Source: a virus. From it: DNA of 64,000 nt. Under the pieces are notes generated by a model. The model did not search any database. It saw only the letters and a program-made list of their open reading frames with translations, and was not told the origin of the DNA. The stretch's first letter is position 1; the number at the start of each line of letters is the position of its first letter. Made by a program: the position numbers and the translations under genes. The stretch is from positions 1 to 64,000 of the IMG/VR virus record IMGVR_UViG_3300035703_000059, one strand, 5' to 3'. Positions 26,643-36,046 of this stretch are shown here, one piece after another.

Positions 26643-27950
26643 ATGGCTAACAATCGTCGAAACGTGGTCCCCAGCCAGATTGCCCCCCAGCTTATGCAGA
26701 TGCGCGATCTGTCTGCCGGCAACGACATCTACCGTCAGTCGCGCCGCGCCGTCGAGGCGATGGCCGCGCTGGAGCGTCGGCGTCAAATTCTGACGTCGAA
26801 GGGCTACGTCTCTGAGGCGGGCCGCACGTTGCAGGGCATGGCGGATGTGTTCGCCGCCGCTCCGACGCTGCCGGAACTGGAGAACGCGATCAAGCAGCTT
26901 CTCCCCGACGGCTCCATCGTCAGCGGTCGCGAGTATTACGACCGCATCCAGAAGCAACTGAACCCGGTCTGGTACAACGGCGGCTACTCCCGCCCCTCGG
27001 ACTTCAACGAGTTCGTCAAGCAGAACCTCAAGGTGACGAACTACCCGGCCGAGTACCAGCCCTACGTCATGCCGGGCGTGCAGGCCGCGTCGTACTTCTA
27101 CGTCACGCAGCAGGCGCAGAAGGCCGGTTCGGCTCTCAGCGGCTTCAGCCCCGCTCCGCGCAGCGTCGTCGAGGGCGCGCGCATGGAGGAGCAGGCGCGC
27201 AAGAAGGCTGTGGCGCTGATGGCGCTCGCGGGCCTTGGGCGAATCGGTAAGGGCGTTGAGCGTTGCTGGGGATTCAACTGCCCCGACGAGACGGGTGACT
27301 TTGAGTTCACGGTTCCCGCGTCGATTGTGAATTCCAAGCTGACGGGCATCGATTACTTGAAGATGAACACGTCATGGATGTCGGGGACGGCGGGATGCCA
27401 GACCGAAATCACCAATAAGTCCGGCGGCAAGGTGTTCGGCCTCGCCATCGATGACGGCGACTCAAACAGCTACAACAACGCCAACGCGATCCGTCGAGTG
27501 AAGGCCGCCGCCGTCGCGCAGGCGCTCTACAAGGTGGGCGGCGAGGCGTACTTGACGCTTCCCAACCTCTACACCTATGGCGCCATGAAGGCGCATGACG
27601 TGCGAGAGCTTGAGCAGCTTATCCGCACCTATGGTACGGCAGACCGGATTGCAGCCAGCGCACAGAAACCGCCCGACACGTTGTTCGGGGACGGGTCGAG
27701 TTCTCGGTCGAGTAGCTGTAAATTCGACATGGGTAAGATGCCCTCGCTGGACGACGTGGCGAAGGTTTGGGACACCGTTTCGTCGCGGATTCCCGGCGGC
27801 GGCGGAGAGGTGACTCCTCCTCCGGGCGGCGACACGCCTCCCCCCGACGACGAGGAGAAGGGCGGGATCGATGCGCTGACGATGGTCGGCGTCGTCGGCG
27901 TCCTCGCCCTCGGCGGCATCGCGCTCTACTTCGCGCGCCAGAACCGATAG
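26643..27950 (+). CDS. C-terminally anchored membrane protein
   Basis: Start context AAGGAGAATCGAT-ATG. Pro linker, then TM MVGVVGVLALGGIALYF. Confidence 0.75.
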   Translation: MANNRRNVVPSQIAPQLMQMRDLSAGNDIYRQSRRAVEAMAALERRRQILTSKGYVSEAGRTLQGMADVFAAAPTLPELENAIKQLLPDGSIVSGREYYDRIQKQLNPVWYNGGYSRPSDFNEFVKQNLKVTNYPAEYQPYVMPGVQAASYFYVTQQAQKAGSALSGFSPAPRSVVEGARMEEQARKKAVALMALAGLGRIGKGVERCWGFNCPDETGDFEFTVPASIVNSKLTGIDYLKMNTSWMSGTAGCQTEITNKSGGKVFGLAIDDGDSNSYNNANAIRRVKAAAVAQALYKVGGEAYLTLPNLYTYGAMKAHDVRELEQLIRTYGTADRIAASAQKPPDTLFGDGSSSRSSSCKFDMGKMPSLDDVAKVWDTVSSRIPGGGGEVTPPPGGDTPPPDDEEKGGIDALTMVGVVGVLALGGIALYFARQNR

Positions 27951-27960
27951 GAGGCGTGTC

Positions 27961-28218
27961 ATGGCTTGTTCCGCAGACGTTTTGACGAAGTACCCGGCCG
28001 GCACGCTTGAGAACTACAAGCGGTATCCCAACGTCCAGTTCGCGAATGAGTGCTGGTACGGCTACGACGGCGTCAACACGGTCGTTTGGGCGCAAGATCC
28101 CGCCGTGCTTTACAAGGGGCAGGTCGACGACAAGATGAGCACCACGCAGATGATCGGGTGGGGCGTTCTTGGCCTCGCCCTCGTCTACGGGATCTGGTCA
28201 GCGTCGAAGAGCCGATAA
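27961..28218 (+). CDS. Small C-terminal TM protein
   Basis: TM IGWGVLGLALVYGIW. Confidence 0.7.
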   Translation: MACSADVLTKYPAGTLENYKRYPNVQFANECWYGYDGVNTVVWAQDPAVLYKGQVDDKMSTTQMIGWGVLGLALVYGIWSASKSR

Positions 28219-28230
28219 CCGGGAGAAGCC

Positions 28231-28818
28231 GTGGCCGAAACTCGTCGATTTTCACAGGCCAACGACTTCGGATTCGTCAACCGTCAAGACGACGAGGTGA
28301 TGTGCGCCGCAAGCGGCGCCGTGCCGTATCGGACGGTCTGCCAAGTCATCGATGACGCGGCGATCTACTACGCAACCGCCGGGGAAGGCGCCCTGCTCGA
28401 CATCCGGCGCTGGTACAGCCAAAGCCCCGAATTCTTCCCCGGCTCGTTCCTCCCGGCGGGCGCGATTCCGGCGTTCTACCGGGCGATTCTGGCGCGTGCG
28501 TTTTTCGCCGAGTTTGGCGGCGCGAACTTCGTCCCGACGCTTCGGCAGATGATCGTCGTGCTGAACATGGTCGAGGAACCGCGCGGGCGTGAGGACGACT
28601 ACGCCAAGACGCGGACGGCGGTGAAGGCGATCCTCGGCGTGTGCGAAAAGACGTTCAACGGACAGCCCGCGTGCAGTCCGGGGGAAATATCGTGGGCCGC
28701 AGAGCGGATGAACGCCCTTGATCGGGCAGAAACCGCCGGCCCCGGCGTCAACATGATGCTCATCGCCGTTCCGGCGCTCTTGTTTGCGGGCGCGCTGCTG
28801 CTTCGGCGGCGCGGGTAG
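28231..28818 (+). CDS. C-terminal TM protein
   Basis: TM MLIAVPALLFAGALLL followed by RRR. Confidence 0.7.
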   Translation: MAETRRFSQANDFGFVNRQDDEVMCAASGAVPYRTVCQVIDDAAIYYATAGEGALLDIRRWYSQSPEFFPGSFLPAGAIPAFYRAILARAFFAEFGGANFVPTLRQMIVVLNMVEEPRGREDDYAKTRTAVKAILGVCEKTFNGQPACSPGEISWAAERMNALDRAETAGPGVNMMLIAVPALLFAGALLLRRRG

Positions 28819-28827
28819 GGGAACGCG

Positions 28828-30927
28828 ATGGCCGACAACGAGAACACCACACCGCCGGGATTCGTCAGCACCTTTCCCGTGTTCGCTGAGTGCGATTCCA
28901 TTCTGCGCGCAACGCGGGAGGGCATCGGTCTTTTGACGGGTGGGGAAGAGGGCAGGCGCCGGGTCGATGTGAAGTACCTTCGATGCCAGCTTCTCACGCA
29001 GAGCCGGACCGAACTTGGAGATCGGTCGCTGCTCCAGTTTCCGCTGTGGTGGGACTGCCGGCCGACGAGCGGCACCTTCGATCCGGGTGACGTTTTGCGG
29101 CGGGCCTACGCAAAATACACGCAGAAAGACCCCAACTCTGCGGACATCGGATTCATCGCAGGCATCCTTCGCGAGATCGACGACCTTCAAGAGGGGGGCG
29201 GCTCCAGCGAGGACCGGGCCAACTACGAGGGAAACGCGGGTTCGTACACCATCATTCAGAACCTCCTGCTGGCCCTCTCCGACTTCCCTCGGCAGGGGTC
29301 GGACGGACGCGCGAACCTTGAGACAATCGTCGATTTGTCGCTGCGCGTGACCGACTCGATCAAAGACATCATCGTCAAAGCGTTTCCGGCGGCGGGCGGC
29401 GTCGGCGACAACGTCGTCCGCATCCTCAAGATTTTCCTCGACGGCATCTTCTACATGGGTGACGCGGTCGCCGAGGAGAAGGCGCTGCGGACCGAGATGG
29501 CCTCGCGGCTAATCTCCGACGAACGCGTGACGAACGTCGGCGGCGGCTACGAGAAGTTCTACGGCAACCGGCCATCGATGATCACGACCCGGTCGTGGTG
29601 CGCTGCCGGAAACGCTGCGCGCGACAACTACCTCGCCCCCGGAACGAACGGCGCGTACCTTCGGGCGAAGACCCGATACGATGACGCGCGGCGGTTCTTG
29701 GACACGTTCGCCGCGATGCTTGAGCGGACGCAGGGCGAGTCGACGCCGAAGACGCGCGAGCGGGTATTCGCACGATTCCAGCTAATCGGAAGCTGGATGC
29801 TGGCGTATGCCGCCGACGAGGTATGGCTGTCGGATTACATTACCTACGACACCATCTTCGACCGCCTTCGATTGTCGGCGGCAGACGCGGTCGTGAAGGT
29901 GACGTTTGAGCCGAGGCTCATCGAGTTCAAGCGCCTCTACCCGTATTCGGCGCGGGCGGCGACTCGTCTTGAGTGCGATTACCCCGACTGCGACACGGAT
30001 TTCTGGATTCCGTTTTGGGCGGACACGAAAGCCGGAAACTGGAATCTGAAAACCGGAACTGCCGACATCGGTGTGACGGAAAAGGCGATCAGAGACGCGA
30101 CGAACATCACCTTCGACTTTTACGCCACCGCGATTCCGAAGCGAAGCGTGACCGGGCGCCGGTACAACAGCTACAAGTCGAAGTCGGTCGTGGACGTGTC
30201 GCTTACGGTCATGCCGCTTGTGAACACGCTGTATGAGTGGGCGCGAGCCGCTGCCCCTACATGGGGGAAGATTAAGCAATACAATCTGATCCGTTACGCG
30301 CTGACCGGGTACGCGACCGGCGCCGTCAAAGACTTCGGCGAGTACGCGAAGAACCGCATCGATGTCTACGACCCGGCGTTTCGCCAGAGGTTCATCGACA
30401 CCCCGCTGACGTGGCAGCAGATCGCGCTCTACATCATCGCCGGGCGCACGGACCTTGGGCCGCAGCCGAGGCCGGAAGAGTTCAACGTCGCGGCGACGCG
30501 GTGTCCCGGCGGCTCGTCGGACACGTCCTGCCTGCCCTGCGAGAAGATCAAGAATCGGCGCCCCATCGGCGCACGGGAAGTCCAAATCCCGATGCTCGTC
30601 GGCTACACGCCGCCTCTGGCGACGTTCGTCGGCAGCACGAACTATCGGGGTTCGGTGGAGTACGCGGCGTGGCGAAAGGCGCTCGTCGATGCGGGTTATC
30701 CGGGGTACTACATCGACTGCATCGAACGTGACGTGACGTGGGTGTCCTCGCGGGCTGGCGAGGTGATTTCGGTTCGTCCGCCGCCGCCGCTCGTCGTCAG
30801 TCTACCGCTGGCCGCTGTGCCGAAGCCCCGCGCGGTGCGGACGTCGGACATTCCCGAACTCACCGGAATCACCCGGCCGCTCGTCGCCGAGATCGCGGGG
30901 CCGATGCTGCCTCGAAGGACTCGATAA
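28828..30927 (+). CDS. Large hypothetical protein (699 aa)
   Basis: Long ORF in operon context. No motif recognised. Confidence 0.7.
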   Translation: MADNENTTPPGFVSTFPVFAECDSILRATREGIGLLTGGEEGRRRVDVKYLRCQLLTQSRTELGDRSLLQFPLWWDCRPTSGTFDPGDVLRRAYAKYTQKDPNSADIGFIAGILREIDDLQEGGGSSEDRANYEGNAGSYTIIQNLLLALSDFPRQGSDGRANLETIVDLSLRVTDSIKDIIVKAFPAAGGVGDNVVRILKIFLDGIFYMGDAVAEEKALRTEMASRLISDERVTNVGGGYEKFYGNRPSMITTRSWCAAGNAARDNYLAPGTNGAYLRAKTRYDDARRFLDTFAAMLERTQGESTPKTRERVFARFQLIGSWMLAYAADEVWLSDYITYDTIFDRLRLSAADAVVKVTFEPRLIEFKRLYPYSARAATRLECDYPDCDTDFWIPFWADTKAGNWNLKTGTADIGVTEKAIRDATNITFDFYATAIPKRSVTGRRYNSYKSKSVVDVSLTVMPLVNTLYEWARAAAPTWGKIKQYNLIRYALTGYATGAVKDFGEYAKNRIDVYDPAFRQRFIDTPLTWQQIALYIIAGRTDLGPQPRPEEFNVAATRCPGGSSDTSCLPCEKIKNRRPIGAREVQIPMLVGYTPPLATFVGSTNYRGSVEYAAWRKALVDAGYPGYYIDCIERDVTWVSSRAGEVISVRPPPPLVVSLPLAAVPKPRAVRTSDIPELTGITRPLVAEIAGPMLPRRTR

Positions 30928-31731
30928 ATGGACACCCCCATCTACAAGCGCGCATGGTTCTGGGTCGTCGTCGGTGGGGCGATTCTCCTCGCCATCCGCC
31001 GCAAGCAGGTCGAACTGACCCCTCCGCCGAAGCTGCCGGGGCCGGAGGTCGCGCCTCCGTCGGGGTCGGCGTCGATTGACCCGTTCCGCACGACGAACCT
31101 GTCGGCCGAGCAGGAGCGCGCGTTCATCGCCGCCCTGCCGAGAGCCGGCCAGCAGTACGGCGCGCTGTTCGCACAGGCGGGTCGCGAGAAGGGCATCTCG
31201 CCGCTCTTGCTCGCGGCCATCTGCGAGACGGAGACGTACTACGGCGAGGCGGCGGCGTGCAAAGGCAAGGGTCCGGCCTGCGAGGGAACGCTCGCCGACG
31301 ACTTCGGCCTCATGCAGATCAACAGCAAGGCGCACCCGGAGTTCTTCAAGCGAAGCGTCAACGGCACGCCCGCGTGGAAGGTGCCGCTGGAAAACATCCG
31401 CTACGGTGCCGAGGTCTGGAACTCGTCGCTCGCATCGATGCGCGGGCGTCCGAACTCCAGCGGCAAGGTCGACGTCGGCGCGCGGCGAGCCGCGCAGCTT
31501 CTCGTCAAGCCGGGCAAGTACCCCGACCCGCGTCCGATGGACATCGATCTCGCACGCTGGGCCGCGACTTCGGGCTACAATGCAGGACCGATGGCGGCAA
31601 TCATCGCGGTGGCGGCGGACAGGTCGCCGGACGCCGTGACGCACGGCAGCAAGTACGGCAAGACGGTTCTGGACAAGCTGGGGAGAATCTTCAACAAGAC
31701 GGTCGAGAACTTGAACCGGGGAGCACAATGA
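30928..31731 (+). CDS. Membrane-anchored lytic transglycosylase (SLT/GH23-like)
   Basis: N-terminal TM. LLAAICETET (catalytic Glu), GLMQI, NIRYGA and GYNAG. Confidence 0.9.
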   Translation: MDTPIYKRAWFWVVVGGAILLAIRRKQVELTPPPKLPGPEVAPPSGSASIDPFRTTNLSAEQERAFIAALPRAGQQYGALFAQAGREKGISPLLLAAICETETYYGEAAACKGKGPACEGTLADDFGLMQINSKAHPEFFKRSVNGTPAWKVPLENIRYGAEVWNSSLASMRGRPNSSGKVDVGARRAAQLLVKPGKYPDPRPMDIDLARWAATSGYNAGPMAAIIAVAADRSPDAVTHGSKYGKTVLDKLGRIFNKTVENLNRGAQ

Positions 31732-31925
31732 GCGCGCCGAAAGTGATCAAGACGATGCAGTTTCCGACGCCGACAGCGGCGAAGCAGTACCTCGCGCAGA
31801 TGGGGGCGCAGTACCGCAAGATCGACGAGTTGACCGGCAAGCCGCTCTACAAGACCCCGGCGGGCATCGTGTTCCGCCCGTCGTCACCGCAGGCGCTTGA
31901 AGTGCTTGCGAACTGTGTGTGCTAG
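31728..31925 (+). CDS. Small hypothetical protein
   Basis: ATGA overlap with the SLT gene. MSAPKVIK...NCVC. Confidence 0.6.
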   Translation: MSAPKVIKTMQFPTPTAAKQYLAQMGAQYRKIDELTGKPLYKTPAGIVFRPSSPQALEVLANCVC

Positions 31926-31934
31926 GAGTCATCG

Positions 31935-32306
31935 ATGGCCGATATGATTGCGATGCTGAACGGGCTGGGCGCCTACGGCGAGTTTCCGATTGGGGACGTC
32001 GATCCGGCGACGAGCGCGCGCATCGGCCAGACCTCGCCGGGGACGGGCCTGTCGAACGAGCAGATCACCGTCTACAACCCGCAGCCGTACACGCTGGGGA
32101 AGATCGACGACGAGGAAGAGGGTCTGAGCGGGACGACGTGGCTGTTCATCGTGCTGGGCCTCGGCGCTGCGGCGTGGGGCATCTCCAAGATGGTCAAGTC
32201 TGCGTCGCCGGAGCCGGGCGAGGACTTCCTCGACGGCATCGCCGAGCCGGAGATGATCGAACTCAACGCGCCCCCCGCACGCACGCGGGGCAAGGGGAAG
32301 CGATGA
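31935..32306 (+). CDS. Single-TM protein with N-terminal LNGLG motif
   Basis: Start context GGAGTCATCG-ATG. TM WLFIVLGLGAAAWGI. Confidence 0.7.
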   Translation: MADMIAMLNGLGAYGEFPIGDVDPATSARIGQTSPGTGLSNEQITVYNPQPYTLGKIDDEEEGLSGTTWLFIVLGLGAAAWGISKMVKSASPEPGEDFLDGIAEPEMIELNAPPARTRGKGKR

Positions 32307-32533
32307 CGCTTGAGCAATTTCTCGCCGACGACCGGACCCGCGAACTGATGACGCGCATCGTCAACGGTGAGCCGCCGAAGTCGGCTGTGGCCGGACTCGC
32401 GGGAAACGTGCTGGCCGCAGAACTTGCGAAGTTGATGGGCGTTCCGCCGCCCCCGATGACGCAGGCATCGAAGCAAACGGTGACGGTCAAAGCGACGCCC
32501 GACGTGGTCGACGCAGAATTCAAAGAGGTGTGA
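32303..32533 (+). CDS. Small hypothetical protein
   Basis: ATGA overlap. Ends DVVDAEFKEV. Confidence 0.6.
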   Translation: MTLEQFLADDRTRELMTRIVNGEPPKSAVAGLAGNVLAAELAKLMGVPPPPMTQASKQTVTVKATPDVVDAEFKEV

Positions 32534-32534
32534 G

Positions 32535-32927
32535 ATGGCTCGCGAAGTGAACTACTACCAGTTGGCGGCTCTTGGGGCGGACGCCTGTCCCGCCAACATG
32601 AGGACGGTGCAGAAGCCCGACGGCGGCGTCGAGTGCGTGCCGCTGGAAGGTCCGGCTCCGCAGGGCTACCTCGCGCGGATCAAGGGCGCCGCGACGACCG
32701 AAGAGTTGTCGGCGGTCTACAACGGCGCGCTCGTTGACCCGGCGGTGTCTCGCGAGATGCTGAAGGAACTCGGCGAAGCCTACGCGTGGAAGTACGCCGA
32801 ACTGACGACGAGGCCGGGCAAGAAGGGGCTGCGTTGGCACCATGCGTTCTACGTCGTCGGCGTCGCGCTCCTCTGGAACGCGTGGCGCAAGTCGCAGGGC
32901 AAGCCGTTCAATCCGTTTTCACGGTAG
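32535..32927 (+). CDS. C-terminal TM protein
   Basis: TM AFYVVGVALLWNAW. Confidence 0.65.
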   Translation: MAREVNYYQLAALGADACPANMRTVQKPDGGVECVPLEGPAPQGYLARIKGAATTEELSAVYNGALVDPAVSREMLKELGEAYAWKYAELTTRPGKKGLRWHHAFYVVGVALLWNAWRKSQGKPFNPFSR

Positions 32928-32938
32928 GGGAGATACCG

Positions 32939-33229
32939 ATGAAGCCGATGCTGACGTTCGTCTACATGGATGGGTGCGGGGCGTGCGAGACGGCGAAGCC
33001 GGAACTCGACGCGTTCAAGGCCGCGCACCCGGAGATCGCCATTCGACGAATCGACCTTCTCGCGGTCCGCTGGCCGGAGGGGTCGTGGGCGCCGACGGCG
33101 ACGCCGACCTATCTCGCGGAGTTCGGGAACCGTCGGCCGGTGGGGTACGTCGGCGCGCTCAAGAAGGCGCAGATCGAGCAGTTCCTTCGTGAAGCCGCGC
33201 CGCGACTCGGACTCGCGGCTCCGTTCTGA
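32939..33229 (+). CDS. Thioredoxin-like protein (CGAC)
   Basis: FVYMDGCGACETAKPEL...ATPTY shows the CxxC site and cis-Pro loop. Confidence 0.85.
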   Translation: MKPMLTFVYMDGCGACETAKPELDAFKAAHPEIAIRRIDLLAVRWPEGSWAPTATPTYLAEFGNRRPVGYVGALKKAQIEQFLREAAPRLGLAAPF

Positions 33230-33238
33230 GGCGCATCG

Positions 33239-33556
33239 ATGACTCTCCTCGCCATCCTCGCCATCGGATTCGCCGCCGCCGGCCTCGCGCTCGTCGTTCG
33301 CGCGCTCGTCCCGACGCTGTGGCTCCTCATCAAGCCGTTCTCCTGCGACCTCTGTATGTCGTGGTGGGGGTCGGTGGTGTTCACGCTTCTCGCCGGGGAG
33401 TGGTCCGTGGACGCGCTGACGGGCCTGTTCGGAGGCGTCGCAGTCTCGGTCGCGATGCTGAAGGTCGTCTCTTCGTTGTCCGATGTGGGCGCCGCGCCCC
33501 CGCCCACGTTGTCGGATTCCCCCGACTTGGGCGATACTTTTCCCGAAAAGGAGTGA
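33239..33556 (+). CDS. Three-TM protein with CxxC (DUF1360-like)
   Basis: KPFSCDLCMSWW between hydrophobic helices. Confidence 0.7.
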   Translation: MTLLAILAIGFAAAGLALVVRALVPTLWLLIKPFSCDLCMSWWGSVVFTLLAGEWSVDALTGLFGGVAVSVAMLKVVSSLSDVGAAPPPTLSDSPDLGDTFPEKE

Positions 33557-33560
33557 CCCC

Positions 33561-34406
33561 ATGTTCTCTTCCGGCAATCCCGAACTGATGTCCGCCCTCG
33601 CCGGCATCGCGCGCCTCGGCGCCGCGCCGAGCGTGACCAAGCGTGCGAAGAAGCTGCCCGCAGAAGCGCGCGCGGAGTTGAGGTCGATTCAGAAGCGGTT
33701 TGCCGATGATCGCAAGGCCGCCATCGAAGCGCTGTTCGCGAAGTACCCCGCAGCGAAGATGCTGTCGCCGAAGGAGATGAGCGAGATTCGGCAGGTCGTC
33801 GATCTCTTCATCCTCAACGACGACTCCAAGGTGACGTCGTCGGGCGTGCAGTCGGACGGCGGCATGACGCTCAAGGTCGGCGGCAAGGTCGTCGCCGAGC
33901 GCAAGGCTCCGTACTCCCGATTCATGCGCGTCTGTGCCGGCGAGTTCGGTGCGGATATGACCAGCCGCCGCGCGGCGAACGCGCTGCTCGACGCGCTGGG
34001 CGCGGGCCTCTCGTTCCGTGACCGCGACGGTCGCGCGTTCATCACCCCGAAGGGGCGCGGCGCCGGTCGTCTGGTGTCCGAGTCGGCGTGCCACACCGTC
34101 GAGGTCAACGCTTCGATGCGTAACCGCGCAGTCGCCAACGTGAACCGCGCCATCCGCGAAGCCGGTCTGGACATCCAGCGGTTCGCCATGCCGACCGAGG
34201 GCGCATCGGCGACGTCGCCGGTGCAGCGCGCGGTCGCGGCTCGCGAGGCGACGGCTGCGGCCGAGCGCGCAGCGGTGGCCGAGGCGTATCGTGGAAGTCA
34301 GTCGGCGGCGGCGCAGTACGAGTCGATGGTTTCGCGCCCCACCAAGCGTCAGCAGGCTGCACGGAAGGCGGCGGCGACCCGCCGTCGGAACGCGTCGCGT
34401 CGATAG
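33561..34406 (+). CDS. Basic hypothetical protein
   Basis: RBS AAGGAG. C-terminal AARKAAATRRRN basic tail. Confidence 0.7.
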   Translation: MFSSGNPELMSALAGIARLGAAPSVTKRAKKLPAEARAELRSIQKRFADDRKAAIEALFAKYPAAKMLSPKEMSEIRQVVDLFILNDDSKVTSSGVQSDGGMTLKVGGKVVAERKAPYSRFMRVCAGEFGADMTSRRAANALLDALGAGLSFRDRDGRAFITPKGRGAGRLVSESACHTVEVNASMRNRAVANVNRAIREAGLDIQRFAMPTEGASATSPVQRAVAAREATAAAERAAVAEAYRGSQSAAAQYESMVSRPTKRQQAARKAAATRRRNASRR

Positions 34407-34475
34407 TCAGTCAACCTTGCGGCGTAGACCGCACAACAAGCGGCACCCCCGCCGCGCAAGAAACAGGAGGCCGTT

Positions 34476-34664
34476 ATGGCTGCAAAGCGTCCGAAGAAGG
34501 TGATGGCGAAGATCAAGGGCAAGAAGATGGAGTGCAAGCTGAACTGGAAGGGCAAGGATCCCAAGAAGAAGCCGAAGGCGTCCTGCAAGCCCGTCGTCGC
34601 CAAGAAGGCCTCCAAGAAGAAGGCCTCCAAGAAGAAGAGCAGCAAGAAGTCGAGCAAGAAGTAA
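34476..34664 (+). CDS. Histone-like Lys-rich protein
   Basis: Extremely Lys-rich with KKAS/KKSS repeats. RBS AGGAGG. Confidence 0.75.
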   Translation: MAAKRPKKVMAKIKGKKMECKLNWKGKDPKKKPKASCKPVVAKKASKKKASKKKSSKKSSKK

Positions 34665-34747
34665 TCGACGCCCTGCACCACTAGGGTCGATGAACGCAGG
34701 GGTCGTCGGACAGGTGCCGACGGCCCCTCGTCTTTACGGAGGAATCG

Positions 34748-35083
34748 ATGGAACCGACACCGTTCACAGGCAGCTTGACGTTCGATCACGTTCTCGCGTT
34801 TCTCGGCGCGCTGGTGCCGCTGATGAGCGCGCTCGCGGCGTTCCTCAACCACAAGGTCCGCGTCAGCGGGACGGCGTCGCCGTTCCTGCTCAACGCGGCG
34901 GCGGCGGTGAACGTGCTGGCCGTCAACGTCGACAAGGCGACCCAGCTTGCGAAGCTCGCACGCGGTCTGCCGGTGCCGTCGACTCCCGCACCGGCGGCTC
35001 CCGCCGTGGTGGACGTCGGCGCAGCGGCCGTTGAGCCGGCGCCTGCGGGTCAGCCGGAAGTGTGTCCGACGTGCGGGCGCTAA
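34748..35083 (+). CDS. Holin-like small membrane protein
   Basis: Two hydrophobic segments, at the start of a cluster of small membrane genes. Confidence 0.45.
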   Translation: MEPTPFTGSLTFDHVLAFLGALVPLMSALAAFLNHKVRVSGTASPFLLNAAAAVNVLAVNVDKATQLAKLARGLPVPSTPAPAAPAVVDVGAAAVEPAPAGQPEVCPTCGR

Positions 35084-35343
35084 TCGCGTCGGTGGTGACG
35101 GGGCTGGTCGTCGCGCTTTCGACGGCTGCCCTGTTCCTGCTCCGCGTCATCCCTCGCCGGGACGAGGAGCAGCGTCAGCGGGCGGAGGCATTGGCCGCCG
35201 ACCTGCGGCGGAAGATCGAGGAAGCCAAGGCCGCTCGCGCGGCGGCGGTCGCGCAGCAGGTCGCGGTGGTGACGCAGGCCGGCGAGGCGGACAAGAGCGC
35301 CGACTCCGTGGGCGTCGCGAACCGAATCATCGGAGGCTCGTGA
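35062..35343 (+). CDS. N-terminal TM plus coiled coil (spanin-like?)
   Basis: TM LIASVVTGLVVALSTAALFLL followed by an Ala/Glu/Arg helix. Confidence 0.5.
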   Translation: MSDVRALIASVVTGLVVALSTAALFLLRVIPRRDEEQRQRAEALAADLRRKIEEAKAARAAAVAQQVAVVTQAGEADKSADSVGVANRIIGGS

Positions 35344-35564
35344 TGCAGAACCAGAAGAACACCCAGCTTGTTCGCATGGCCGACGTGTTCGTCATCGGCC
35401 CGCTGATGACCTACGGCGGACTCCGCATGATGAAGAGCGGCGAGAAGCTGCTCGGCCTCACGCTCGCGGCGTTCGGTCTGGCGACCGTCGTCTATAACGG
35501 CGTGAACTACATCGATATGAAAGAAGCGCTCGACCGAGAGGACCGCATCGATGGGCCGATTTGA
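35343..35564 (+). CDS. Small two-TM protein
   Basis: QLVRMADVFVIGPLMTYGG...GLATVVYNG. Confidence 0.65.
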   Translation: MQNQKNTQLVRMADVFVIGPLMTYGGLRMMKSGEKLLGLTLAAFGLATVVYNGVNYIDMKEALDREDRIDGPI

Positions 35565-36000
35565 GTGGGTCTTGATCGCGCTGTACGGCGCGCTCCTCGC
35601 GTGGATTCCGATGTGCCACGACGCGCGCGCCGACGAGGCGTGCCGGGCAGTCGGCGACACCGTCGTCTGCCAGCGCGCGGGGTTCGACACGCTCGTCGAC
35701 AAGTGCGTGGACGCCGACACGCGGGCCAAGGTCTGCTCGATCAATCTCTTTGAGGCGGTCCGCCAGCGCGACGAGTCGCGCGCGGCGTTCGACGCCTGTG
35801 CGGCAGCGCCGCGCCCCGTGCCTCCGCCCCCGCCGGAGCCGTCCCGGCGTCCGCTGGTGGCCGTGGCCGTCGCTGCGGCAGGTGCGGCGGCTGTCGCCCT
35901 GTCGGCGACGCTCGACGTGCCTGTGGGCGCCCGTGCGGCCCTCGCAGGGGCCGGCGTGCTGGGCATGGGCGCGGGTGTCGGCCTCGCGGTGGCGTGGTAG
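35551..36000 (+). CDS. Cys-containing membrane protein
   Basis: N-terminal hydrophobic segment, six Cys, C-terminal hydrophobic hairpin. Confidence 0.6.
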   Translation: MGRFEWVLIALYGALLAWIPMCHDARADEACRAVGDTVVCQRAGFDTLVDKCVDADTRAKVCSINLFEAVRQRDESRAAFDACAAAPRPVPPPPPEPSRRPLVAVAVAAAGAAAVALSATLDVPVGARAALAGAGVLGMGAGVGLAVAW

Positions 36001-36046
36001 GCTCGCGGGGACACCGCGCAACTGATTGCGCCAACAGGAGTCATCG

